The notes beneath the pieces were generated by a model. The model ran no database searches. It saw nothing but the letters and a program-made list of their open reading frames with translations, and was not told where the DNA came from. This document shows, piece after piece, positions 22,081-33,726 of a stretch of DNA of 64,000 nt. Origin of the DNA: Elsinoe ampelina (Eukaryota); assembly GCA_010093995.1 (NCBI GenBank), contig ML992503.1:1169234-1233233 (forward strand). Reading direction: 5' to 3'. The position numbers and the translations under genes are program-made. Each line of letters begins with the position of its first letter. The stretch's first letter is position 1.

Positions 22081-24279
22081 CTACTCTCCCGTTGGCATGC
22101 CCTCAACCTGATCAGCCAGACTCCTCCAATTGTCCGCCTCAAGTTCAGAGTACTTGACTCTCTCCTGGCTCCAGTCCTGGTGCATCCGACTGACATGATA
22201 GATCGAGTGATTGAAGTATTGCAGCTCGTCGCGGATGCACTCCTTGATGAAGACGCCTCGCGCATGTTGGTCGACAATCGACTGCTTGTCCTGTAACATG
22301 CATGTCAATACTGCCCCTGGCTGACCAATGTAAATTACCCACCTTGATGATTGAATCCTCCACCTTCTCAATATCGCTCGGCTTCGCATCTGGTTTGTTG
22401 CGCAGTCCAATCAACTTGTTCTCATTCTTCTCAATCCTGCGCTCCAATTGCGGGATGTTGTCCACAGCGTATCGATCTCTCCTGTCAAAGAGCTCTCGCA
22501 TCGAGACCAAGCAGTCCCGCTGTCTCTTGAAGTCCTCCAATGCGCCCAGATCCCACGCCCTTCCTTCATCTTCCAGCATCGCTCGATTAGCATCGAAATG
22601 CTTCGACACCGACTTTAGCCCTTCATTAAGTAACGGAACGTCGTTCGTATCAACCGCATATGTCTCCTCTGACGCCTCCGCCAGGTTCTCCATTGCCTGA
22701 GACAAACGCATGTACTCCCCAGCAAGGCCTGCGTTGTATTTCGTGAGCTTCTCGATCCGGTTGCAAAGTTCAATGTAGAACTCTGCGGACCGCTTGACGC
22801 CTACTCGAACAGTATCGAAGAGCTGAGGTAAAGTCGACGGTAACGAGTCCTCCAGTCCAGATGGTAGCGATTTGCCGACAAACTCCTCCTGTACAGAAAT
22901 CGTTGCTTGCTTTCTCCACACAGCCAATTCCTGATCTGTCAGTATCCCTCTTCTGATCCTGATGAGCTCTACTCACGGTTGGTACCGTCAAGAACATGAC
23001 AACCAATTGCTCCTGTCCCAACACCGGATGTCTGACCAACGCATTGGCGAATCTCGCCAGTCCTCTCCTTCGCTTCTCCAGAAACGACACGTCAGCAGCT
23101 AAATGATTCCCGTTAACTGGCCGCCATTAGCGCTTTGTTCGCGCACTGTAGAAAGGGGACGGACTCACTCGCGACTCGTTTGGGAGGTAGTAATGGCAAT
23201 TGTCTGAACGGGTACCGCTTGTGCAAACAATCCAGTAGCCAGACAAAATCACTATACCGCCTGATGACCTTGCTGTTCTTGCGCGTGCTCACGACCTCGT
23301 AATTCCGGTGCTGGAAGAGGAACATGCCCTCTTTCTCATCTAACAGCCCGACCGTGATCTCCTCCTCGATCGACGAGCCTGTCTTCTTCCCTGATCCTAG
23401 AGGTCTCGGCGCTCTGCTCGGCGCGCTTCCTCCCTCTCGGCCAGGAGCTCCGAACCCTGCCTCTGCGGCCGGGAAGGTTCCCTCCCCTCCCCATCCCACC
23501 GTATCGTTCGTTGCAGTCTGCTCCGAGCCAGCAAAATCCGACGGCGTCTCTCCTACCGTCGTCGTTGTGAATGTGCTCGTCGTCCGTTGCGGCGGCTCTT
23601 GGGATCCATTCGTGTATCCCTGCTCATGATTGTGTCCTCTGTGCATCGCCGGACTACCCCACGGATCCGAGTCCAGCGCGCCGAAACTCTGCCCCGTGGC
23701 AGTGCGCTGTGGTGCTGGAGCGCCAGGGTTGACTTGCTCGTTCGGTGTGCGCGGCAGATCATTCTGCTTCGCGGGCTTCGGTTGCGAGACTTGTGGCAAT
23801 TTCGGTTCGGGTAGTCGTTTCCGTCGCTCGTCCACGGCGTCGAGCGATAGTTCCTCGCCTTCCTGCGCCAATCCGACGAGGGCGAGGAGGACATTGAACT
23901 CTTCCCGGCCTATTCGATCTGCTCCGCCACCTGCTACAATCTCGAGGATCTTGGATTGATCAGACGCGGGAATGTTGGTCGTCTTGATAAAGTCTCGCGC
24001 CGCAGACACGGTGATCGACCCGCTGCTCCCGCCATCTTGCGATAAGAGGTTGTCGTAGGTGGTGATGTAGAGTTCCGGGACAGAGGTGGACGGCAGGAGA
24101 GATTTTACGAGGTTGCGACGAGCATTCTTCTTGGGCGTTGGCATGTCCCATGGTGAGGACGACGGGTCATCTGCAAAGAGACCAGAGGCGGAGGGCTTGG
24201 TTTGGAGGGCCGAGTCGTCGAAGAGGGAAGAGGAATTGGCTCTGGGCTGTGTAGGCGGGGATGACCCGAAGAGAGACAT
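22081..24279 (-). CDS. MVP1: Sorting nexin Mvp1 (EH-like + PX + BAR), 682 aa; introns 23117-23168, 22931-22976, 22291-22342
   Basis: PX motif [15 protein letters not shown]...[39 protein letters not shown]...[22 protein letters not shown], followed by a helical BAR region. Confidence 0.95.
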
Positions 24280-24888
24280 GTCGCGCGATTTGTTACGGTC
24301 CGATCAGAGCAATTGAAGCAAAGCAATGCAGGGAGCGGTATGCGCTGAAGCAGGATGTACGCGAGGTTGGAAGAGAGGCACCTCAGGTTGCAGCTTGAGC
24401 TTCGGCCGGCTTGGCGTTGCGATGACGATGATGAGACGCGGTAAGATCTTGGGTCTCCAAGTAGACAAGTCAAGTCAGCTTGGTATAGCTTTTGTCAATG
24501 TCCTCACTCGGAGCAATTGCAATGGACGTCAAGCAGTGAGAATGTGTAGCTGAGGTGTATTACAACTGCTGCGCTCCCCATCCTCAGGCCTGATGGCAAA
24601 CACAGCTGAACCTTAACCAAGGTAGACTCAACAGCCCTAGCCGATATACCACCAACATGACGTTTCTTGACCGGAACAAATGACGACTGGCACAAATACA
24701 ATATCCACGAGGCACAAACAACACAAGTTCCCCATCTCAACACATCAATTCCACTCAACAGCTAAGTATAGGTACAAGAAGATAAACCAACGTCCTCCAC
24801 GAGAAAGGTAATCCCCATCTCCATGCCACATCACAAAAGTGCAGAGGTATTTCGCAGCATCCCATCATGAACGTCCCCTTCCTCACAT

Positions 24889-25677
24889 CTATGCCCTGAA
24901 CTTCTTCGCAACATTGGCGATGCCGCTGGGGAAGTACGGGCCGGGGATATCGTAGTCCTTGAGGTTCTGGTAGATGTTGATGAGGATACCAGGGTCGTTG
25001 GAGGTGTAGAGCTTGTTGCCAGGTGTGCCGGCGGGCTGCAGAGAGCCACCGCCGGAGACGGTGATGTCGACGCACTGGGGGTAGAGCTGGGCGCCACCGA
25101 CGGAGCCTGCACCGTGGAGGGCGATGATTTCGTGGCGGAGGACGTACTCGCCGTTGGCGATCTGCGAGGGGATGGTGATGGATTGGGTGAGTCCGTTCTT
25201 GCTGAGCTGGGCGGCTTCCCAGGTGCCGCTCTTGAGACCGCTTTCGCGGATCTTGAACCACTGGAGGCTGTCGGCGCTGGTGAGCGCACTGCAGGCACCG
25301 GGGCACTTGGCCAGATAGTCGAGCGTTGGGCCGGGGTGGTCTGGCCACTGGTCCCATGTGACGGTCAGGGTAGAGCCGGCGGTGACGGGGACGGGGGCAC
25401 CCTTGGCTGGGAGGGCACCCTTGGTGGTGTCGGTGCCGTTGAGCTTGTGGCATCCGACTGAGGACGAGGCGAGGGTGGCGGCATCGGATGGGATGAAACC
25501 ATTGTCCTGGTTACCGGAGCGCCACGAGGCATCGCCGGCAGCGTTGGGTTGGTAGACCCAGGATGGACCGATGAGAGGGTATGCCTTGCCACCCGAGGTG
25601 ATGGTCTTCAAGTGGCCGTGGGCGGCGACGGAGGTCACGAGAGCCGCAAGGGCTGCGAGGGAGATTGGTGCGTGCAT
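24889..25677 (-). CDS. Lytic polysaccharide monooxygenase, family AA9 (GH61), secreted, no CBM
   Basis: Signal peptide followed by mature N-terminal His (HGH), WPDHPGP, GEYVLRHEIIALH and GAQLYPQC: the histidine-brace and Tyr motifs. Confidence 0.95.
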   Translation of the reverse strand: MHAPISLAALAALVTSVAAHGHLKTITSGGKAYPLIGPSWVYQPNAAGDASWRSGNQDNGFIPSDAATLASSSVGCHKLNGTDTTKGALPAKGAPVPVTAGSTLTVTWDQWPDHPGPTLDYLAKCPGACSALTSADSLQWFKIRESGLKSGTWEAAQLSKNGLTQSITIPSQIANGEYVLRHEIIALHGAGSVGGAQLYPQCVDITVSGGGSLQPAGTPGNKLYTSNDPGILINIYQNLKDYDIPGPYFPSGIANVAKKFRA

Positions 25678-27253
25678 CTTGCGGGAAGTGGCTGACCAGC
25701 AACGAGGGCTTTGGAGTGCGATTGAGCTTGTTTCTGAAACAAGGATCTGGGAGGAGAAGGATATAAAAGAGCGACGGGTCCGATCAACGAACGGTGCAAA
25801 CGAAAGAAGCGAATGAGCGAGTGTACCTGTACAGGATCTTGCGTGTGATGAGAGAAGAGGAGAAGGGTAGCCGCAAAGGAAACGGATGGCTTTTGAACTT
25901 CTTGCCTGAAGACGGCGCGACGACTCCCTTGGTCCCCTGTGGATATTCTCGGCGCCTCTGCGTTTTGGGATCGAAACGACGGCATGGTCCAGCGCCTCGC
26001 AGAAGCAGGTAGAAAATTACAGGCACGTCCAACAAACCCCACCCAAGCAGTCATGACCAGATTGACTGGACGGAAGAGCGCAGTCTGGGTTGTGCAATGG
26101 GCCGGAAGAATGCAGTCCACTTTCCGTGTTGTATCTGGTGAAACGGGGATTTGTGGCGATTGACGAGGTGGTGCTGGAGGTGAAACGACGAGATGCTGGG
26201 TGACAATTGTCTGGGCGGTGTCCACTCCTGCAAGGCACAACCCCTCGGCGCGTGGGGATCCAACGATGGCCCTCCCCTGTCGATCTTGAATCGGATATTA
26301 TTGTAATGATGAAGCGACAAGGATATGCAGCATCTTTCAGTAGATGGACATGTTCGCAAGCAAAGTGTGGTGTCCAGTTCACCTACCGGCTGTGCAGAGA
26401 TTCCTTCGCTGTGGGAACCTTTGTGTTTGAGGCACCGCTTGCCACGGCAAACATGAAACACTTCTTCTTCATCGACGAATAGACTGTGCTTTTCTCTTCT
26501 GCCACTGACCGTGCCGCATAATCACCCACTGACTCGAAGCCCTGCTTACGCCGTCTAGGTCACAGGTGTCGAAATGCTCGTCTGCAAAGTCTTTTTCCCG
26601 CAGTAACTTCTGTCGCCATCGAGAACGTACTGTAGACGAGGGTTGATGACACGTCATTTTACCCGCCCGAGTATTTTTCCATACAATCATGAGATCCAAT
26701 CGCCAGGAAAGACCCTCGGTCTGGTCCTGTCCATGTTGTTGACGTGATAGTAATGTCGGAAGGCTGGCTCCGTGCAGGACGCGGCCAAGAGCTTGTCATG
26801 TTGGACATACCTAGCAGCGCCATGTACTTGGTACAAGGACACACCTGACCTGGGTTGAAAAGAGTCTTCTTTTCCGCTTCATGCATGAGAGAATTTTGCT
26901 CTGAGGTCTGGTGACACGTAATCGAAGATTGTCAAGTGTTGGACAGTCCCTAATTAAGCATGCAACTGAACGCAAGGCTACGAGTCCAACAAAGACAGCA
27001 TGATCGCTTGCATACAAGTCTCCCCTGTCCAACACGATCACGACCTCCTGCACATCTCAAAGCACGTCAACAAGACCCACAAAATTCAAGATTACAATAT
27101 TCATTTCACCTCATCATCGACATATATCCGCTATGTACAGATGTCCTTTTGTTCCTATCCGGGTAGTCCTGAAAGCTGCAAATACTCCTCGCTGGTATCA
27201 TCGTAAAAGACTCAAACATAAAACGCCAGACAGTCGTAATCCCATCAGGTATA

Positions 27254-29536
27254 TCACCGATCGTCCCGAGACTTGGGCCGCGGTGACGTCGATCGCAGAC
27301 GTGCATCCAGTGATGGAGGAGTCTTGTCTCGCGGCTCGTCCTTCGGCGGTGGTGACGGAGGAGGGAGGCTTTGCCTGTTTGATGGTCCAGCCTCGCCTTG
27401 TCGTCTCGACGATGGCGGACTGTCGTTGTTGCTCGACGAGTCCACAGCAGTGGTCTCGTTCGACGTGCTACCGCCGGGACTTCCAGCATCGTCCCCATTG
27501 ACGGGACTTGGACTCCAAGCGGTACCTTGAGGCTGCACAGGAATGACCGTCCAAGGTAGATCGTCCACTGACACCTTGGCTGCCGATTTCTTCTTGTTCT
27601 TGGGCATATTCTTCGATGATGATGCACCACCGAAACGTGACTTGAAGTCGAACGCCGGCTTCTTGCTAAGATTCAATCCGTGGCCAGAGGTGATACCTTG
27701 GTCCTGCGTAGTGTCTTGTGACGCTCGAATCGCCGCGCGAACTTCGGCAGGTGGAGTGGTCCGTTTCCGCTTGAATGGATTCGATACTGTGTGCCACGCC
27801 GAAGACTGGCCCTTCTTTGCATTTGCAGCGCGGTGTGCAGCGACCTCCTCATGGTCCACTTGATCAATGCCTTGTTGATGTATCGCGTGGTTAGCATTGT
27901 CGGGGGTAACATGTCGCCGCCGTACAGGTTGAGCTCCATGTGCACCATCGTGCCGTACGACATACACTGTCGAGGCCGCAGAGGTAGTATCTGTCCGACT
28001 CGGCGGTGATACTGCAGGCGGCGGCGGCGTAGGATGTACAGGGGGTCTAGTGAATTGCGGAAGTGGTCCAGGACTCAGGTCATCCTCCTTTTCGTAGTCC
28101 TTGATACCAGCTGAACTGCCAGAGTACTTGTCCATGCCTGACGACAGCGAACGTGAATGTCCCAGATTGAGCGGCACTGGCGAAGGCTTCGAGGCTCTCG
28201 ACTTTCCGAATCGACTCGATATGTTGAAGCTGAATTTCTGAGACAAACCACCAGTCGAGGTAGCCCCTCCTCCAGATCCGCCACCGCGACCCCTCGGGAA
28301 GTAGCTGTCATTTCGTCTGGCGTTGTAGGTCATTTCCTCAGTCGGGTGCATATCGAGCATTTCGTCTCCATCAAAGATCTCCCTCCCCAGGATACCATCC
28401 TTCTTCTCATCCCTCTCCAGGATCTCTATCCGCTCGACCCATTCCCACACAATAACACTGGCGGCGGCACCGCCAACCCACCTGAAATAGTCACCCCACC
28501 CTGCAATATCCGGGAAGGTAACATCGATAACAAAGAACACAACAGGTGTGAATATAGCAACAAGTGAGAGCCCAGAGATGAGTGTGACAGTTCTCATCTT
28601 TGGGTGATAGAAGGCATATTTCCGCTTTGTGAACGCATAGTAGATGACCCATGCGGCGTAGAGCAGACTCAAGGCGAGCTCGAAAAGGTAAGTAAGGGCG
28701 GGTATGGCGTCGACAAAGTCCCTAGGTCTCCGGTAACCATTAACCATGAAACTGTTCAGACAGGAAAAGGTCGTGTCCAAGACAATGAGTGCGAACCCAA
28801 TCCACTTGATCAGAACCTTTTCCTTGTGTCGAGGAAACAGTCTAATCAAGGTCTGAACCTGGGCAAGCCACACGAATATGTCGGAGATGTTTCGGGTGAC
28901 CCGGATCTCGACGCGATTCTCGATCTGAGCCCTCATTGAATTCCCGTCAATTCCTGCCGGATAGTGTTTCTCGGAGACGATGAATGTGTCGGCGGTAGCG
29001 ATAGTGAGAGATATGGCGACAGTGAATGCAGCGGCTTTTTGGAGCCACGGTCGTGATCCGATGCCAACTGAAGATGGTGTCCCTCCATTTGCACCTCCTA
29101 TTATTCCTCGACCAACAGAGAATGGATTCGGTCCAGAATTCAGATTGTTCATGAATGTCCGGGGAGATATGACCAACATTATCAGAAGAACCCATGCTAG
29201 TACAGTCGCGGCCGCGACAACGTAGACCTGCGGCGTCGCCGAAGCGTAGAAGGGACTCGCGGTGATCGTCTCATTGTCGCCAGCGGCATCTGTGCAGAGA
29301 GGTTGGAAGACGAGTTCGGTTGTGAGAGTGACCACATTGTCCGTCGCAAAGGATAATATACCGTTCGCTGGTAGAGTTATGGGTGTGCAGTCCTATGTCC
29401 ACGTCAGTGCCCGCCTCCTGCCTCCTTCAACATCCCGCCGGACGCGACGACGGCTTACCGAGTTTGGTTTTTGTGAAGTATAGGTTGGCAAATTCCACAG
29501 CTGCCGTTCGTGCAGTCGAATTGGAGTAGGCTGCAT
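27254..29536 (-). CDS. palH: Ambient pH sensor PalH/Rim21 (7-TM + long cytosolic tail), 738 aa; intron 29393-29458
   Basis: RQLW...|DCTPITLPANG, PFYASATPQVY, GSRPWLQK, WLAQVQTLIRLFPRHKEKVLIKW, VWEWVERIEILERDEKKDGILGREIFDGDEML. Confidence 0.95.
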
Positions 29537-29870
29537 CTTCCAAATTCAACACCGGCGCCCATGGTAGGGGACGGCGCGTTCGTCACGACTGCATGCGGCG
29601 TGCGGTTGGGTGTTGAGTCGAGCGTCGTGGACTTGAACGTCGGGAGGGGTCCAGAGGTGTCGTAAATCTTTGCTATGGTCGTCACTGGTTGTCGCTGGGT
29701 TGTCGAAGAGGAGCCAGAGGAGATCAAAAGGCTTAGAGGGCGTGGCAGGTCGAAACTCGTCTTGGGCGTAGAGTGTTTCTGTCGTGTCCAAGGAGACTTG
29801 GGCGCTGTGACAAGGAACTCAAGGAGCCGAAACGCCAAGTGGGATTAAGCTTGACTCTTGCGAGGGCGGG

Positions 29871-29896
29871 CGAGATTCGAGATTCGAGATTCGAGA
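29871..29896 (+). repeat. Tandem 7-mer (CGAGATT)x~3.7 in the palH / hydrolase divergent intergenic region
   Basis: cgagattcgagattcgagattcgaga. Confidence 0.85.
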
Positions 29897-30234
29897 AATG
29901 GGCGGAGCTGCTCTCACAAGCAGAGACCACGGAGCGAGGCGGAATTGGCACGACCCAGAGAACAGACCAAGGGCCCCGGGTGGGGAGTCCTGATTGGCCC
30001 CGCTTGCTGCATTTCCTGCATGAGAACGATTCGGGTCAAGCTTCATCCGTACAAGGAAGGCGCCCGACCTTCAAGCCTCAACGGCGCTTTTCGACATCTC
30101 CTACTCGCTGACAAACTGCAGCTTAATATTCGCGATTATCTGCCTCGGATCTGGAGTCGCTGGGTTATGCATAAATCAACCTTGACGAATGCTTGTTTCC
30201 ACCACTAATATCCCATCAAAGCCCGACCGATATC

Positions 30235-31326
30235 ATGGCCGCCGCACTCCACGAGACCATCACCCTCAACTCCGTGCATCCCTGGTTGAAGCGAAACGAC
30301 ACCCCCGTAGAATCGTGCCCAAATGTAGTCAGCTACACCCACGACACAGGCAGCGGTCCCGTCCTCTTCCTCATCCACGGCTACCCCCAATCCGCCTTTA
30401 TCTGGCGCCATGTATGCCCTTCCTCTCCCTCCTGACCACCACCAGCCAGTAAGTAGCTCACCACCCGTAGGTCGCCCCCCTCCTGCAATCCCGCATATCC
30501 CTCTTCATCCCTGAAGTACGCCCCTCCTCCCCCTTCCCCTATCCCCTCCCTGACCTCCCTCCCCTAGATCCCAGGCTACGGCATCTCCTCCCCCCCTAAC
30601 CTCCCCATCACCTTCTCCACCATGGGCCTCCCCCTCCTCCAAGCCTTCCAAACCCTCTTCCCCTCCCGCCCCCTCATCCTCGGCGGGCACGACCGCGGCG
30701 CCCGCATCGCCCACCGCCTCGCCATCGACCTATCCCACTCCCCCTCCCCTTCCTCACCCCTCGACCTCCGCGCCCTCATCCTCCTCGACATCGTCCCCAC
30801 CCTCGTCCAATGGTCCGCCTTCGCTTCCGCCAAAGCCTCGACAGCGTACTTCCACTGGCCACTCCTCGCCTCTCCCCTCGGGCCCGAAATGATCCTCGCC
30901 TACGGCGGCGCGGAGTGGACGCGCGCCGCGCTGGACCGTATCGGGGGCGGCAACGAGGCTGCCAGAGCGGCGTTCCGATCCGACAGGGCGTGGGAGGTGT
31001 ATGAGAGTTTGTTCGCCACCGAAGGGGCGGTGAGGGGTTCGTGTGAGGATTATAAAGCTGGGGCGATGGTGGAGCCGGGGTTGCAGGAACGGGATCAGGG
31101 GGAGGGGAGGAAGGTGGAGGTGCCGACGTTGGTGGGGTGGAGTGAGAGGGGGTTGGGGGGCATGCATGGTGATGTCGGGGAGATTTGGAAGCGGTGGGTG
31201 CGGGAGGGGGTGAGGTTTAGGGGGTTTGGGTGTGGGGATGGGGTGGGGCATTATTTGCCTGAGGAGGCGGCGGGGAAGGTGGCGGGGGAGATTGGTGGGT
31301 TTTTGGATGAGGTCTTGGGAGGGTAG
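30235..31326 (+). CDS. Alpha/beta hydrolase, epoxide hydrolase / haloacetate dehalogenase-like, 326 aa; introns 30412-30470, 30516-30567
   Basis: HGYPQ oxyanion motif, PGYG, GHDRGAR (Asp nucleophile), YFHW and GHYLPEE (catalytic His). Confidence 0.9.
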
Positions 31327-31487
31327 GTCAACAGGCTGATGAGGTCACGGGTGATGACAGTGACGCTCGATTGCTCACCGGTAGTGAGAGATGCTAATGG
31401 ATATATATTCATTGATGCATGCACAGGCAAGAAGCATGTCTAAGAGCAAGGGCTTCTATCTACCACTGGAACGCCTCTCCTCCAACT

Positions 31488-33263
31488 TCACTTCCCCCCA
31501 AGAACCTTCACAACATCCCTCACAGCCTCCCCAACCTTCCCTTCCCCCTTGACACCCCCCACCACATCCTTCGCCCCCATCACCTCCACAACCTCACTTA
31601 CCTCCCCGCCCACCTCAGCGAAATACACCAGATACCCCACCGCCAACACAGCCTGATGCGTCCCCTCCTTGGCCCCCACTCCCTCCTCCCCCAACATCTC
31701 CAACAGCGCAGCCACCAGCTCCGTCTGGCTCTCCTGCGGCAACGCCTCGCGATTCTCCTCCCTTCTGATGCGGTAATTGCTCGCTGCAAGATTAAACGCC
31801 AGACTCGCGGCGGCAGAGCGAAGAGCAGGTCTGTCTGGCTCAGCGAGGAGGGAGGAAGCCGCCAGGGAGGCGAAGATGCTGCTTAGAGGGGTGGTGTAGA
31901 TGGTGGTGAGAGCGACGGGAGATGTGAAGAGGGTGCATGCTAGTTGGAGAGTGACGAGGCGGAGATTGTAAGGGCAGGAACCTTGGTTGGTGAGAGAGGT
32001 GATGTGGTTGAGGAGGGTGAGAAGGGTGGTGGGTGAGGAAGGACCGGATTCAGTGGCGTAATGCGAGGAGACTCGTGGGTCGAGAAGGATGCAGCGGAAG
32101 AGATCGACAGCTGCGAAGAGAGCGTCTGGGGCGAGAGTGGTCGGGGCTGAGCGGAGAAAGGGAGTCCACACTTCAAAGGATGTGGATGGCATGGAGTGCG
32201 TACTGGAGGTGGCGGAGCGGGCCTGAATGAAGTCCTTGATGGATGCGACAGCTGGAGAAGAGGATACGCTGCCCATTTTAGCGATCACTTTGTCGAGAGG
32301 AGGGATCTTGGTGAACGAGACTGGTCGCAGGCTACCTGACTGCAATGCTGGGACTGAGATGGTGGAGTGAGGATGTCCAGGGAAGGCGAGATTTGAGAGC
32401 ATCTCTACGGCACTTCGGAGACGACCAGGGTCTGCGCCAGACCATTCTTCTTGCTTCTTTCCGTTCAAGAATGTCATAAAGGTAGGTGTCGCTCGGATCT
32501 GATATCGTGCTCCAATCGCATCCGCTTCGTTGATGTCCACTTTGATGAGGACAGATTTGGGATGCTCGCCCGCCAGAGAGTCATATGGCCCATAGCATAT
32601 CCTACAAGGCCCACATGTTGACGACGTGAAGAAGATGGTGGCACATCCGGACTTTGCCTCTTCCAGCAGCTTGTCTAGTTCTGGCAGCTGGGTGACGTTG
32701 TAGACCTGCCGGTGCTCCTTTGCACCTGATTTTGAAGGAGCCTTGATGCTATGGCCATTTGTTGATGGTGCCATGTGATTGCTACTGGGAGGCAGACTTG
32801 ATGATGCCACCGGTGCTTGCGTCACAGACCTCATCGATGCGTCCAGCTGAGGCCTCAACATCTGTCCGAACGGTGTATTTAGTACCGTCTCTGGTAGCGA
32901 TGTGATGTGGCTCGGAATGCCTTTTCCCACCAGGAACTGGGCAAAGTCATTTGAGAAGTTGTTGCAGTTGTTCTGGAAAAGATCATATGCTTCCGCGGTA
33001 TAGACTGACTTCATCGACTCGAGGTACTCCAGTATCACTTCAGCGGGCAGCTGTGTTTGGCCCATTTCTACAACTTCCATTGGTCTGCCATGATGGGTGG
33101 CACCGGGTCGTGATTGTTGTATTCCTTGCCCGAAAAAATATTCCACCCCGTTGACAACTATCGAGGTGTGATAGATTGCGTCTATTTGTGTTCCCAAGAA
33201 CTGCCGTGACATGTTTCTGGCCATACCCTGCGAAAGGTCGTATACATATAGTTGGACATCCAT
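31488..33263 (-). CDS. PPPDE (DeSI-like) peptidase - thioredoxin - PUL domain protein, 591 aa
   Basis: VQLYVYDLSQG, IYHTSIV and NNCNNFS (His/Cys dyad), thioredoxin TCGPC...IRATPTF, and a helical PUL-like C-terminus. Confidence 0.92.
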   Translation of the reverse strand: MDVQLYVYDLSQGMARNMSRQFLGTQIDAIYHTSIVVNGVEYFFGQGIQQSRPGATHHGRPMEVVEMGQTQLPAEVILEYLESMKSVYTAEAYDLFQNNCNNFSNDFAQFLVGKGIPSHITSLPETVLNTPFGQMLRPQLDASMRSVTQAPVASSSLPPSSNHMAPSTNGHSIKAPSKSGAKEHRQVYNVTQLPELDKLLEEAKSGCATIFFTSSTCGPCRICYGPYDSLAGEHPKSVLIKVDINEADAIGARYQIRATPTFMTFLNGKKQEEWSGADPGRLRSAVEMLSNLAFPGHPHSTISVPALQSGSLRPVSFTKIPPLDKVIAKMGSVSSSPAVASIKDFIQARSATSSTHSMPSTSFEVWTPFLRSAPTTLAPDALFAAVDLFRCILLDPRVSSHYATESGPSSPTTLLTLLNHITSLTNQGSCPYNLRLVTLQLACTLFTSPVALTTIYTTPLSSIFASLAASSLLAEPDRPALRSAAASLAFNLAASNYRIRREENREALPQESQTELVAALLEMLGEEGVGAKEGTHQAVLAVGYLVYFAEVGGEVSEVVEVMGAKDVVGGVKGEGKVGEAVRDVVKVLGGK

Positions 33264-33726
33264 GATCTAATCAGATCACGTAGTGATTCAGTGAGAGAGT
33301 GACAAGTTTCTGAAAGGTGTCTTTGAACCTGCTTGGAAGTTTTGTGATGATGTTGATGTGAGGTGTGGTCGTCAGCCTGGATGCCTGTCAACGTCGCCAC
33401 CCATCCGCTTCCACACCCTTCCACCACACGTATCACGGCCGCAATTTGACAACAACGAGACAACAGACCTTCTTCAAGAGCAGTAAGTAATTCGCTGTCC
33501 GCTTCACAGCTTTTGAGCCATCCCGGACAAGATGAAGACAGTGAAAGAATCACGAAGACGGATAAGTTTATTGTCCAATCGTATTAGATACATGGTACAG
33601 CTCAGGGCCAGAACGAAGCTTTGTAGTATGCCCACTACCTCTTTGATGAATCCATATGCCCTTCAGATATGCTCATACACTTATACGCCTGCTAATGCTA
33701 TCTGGAACGTGACCTATCGTGCTTGC

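Noticed and set aside
29834..29839. PacC consensus GCCAAG upstream of palH
   Set aside because: A single degenerate 6-mer is expected about once per kb, so it is uninformative alone.
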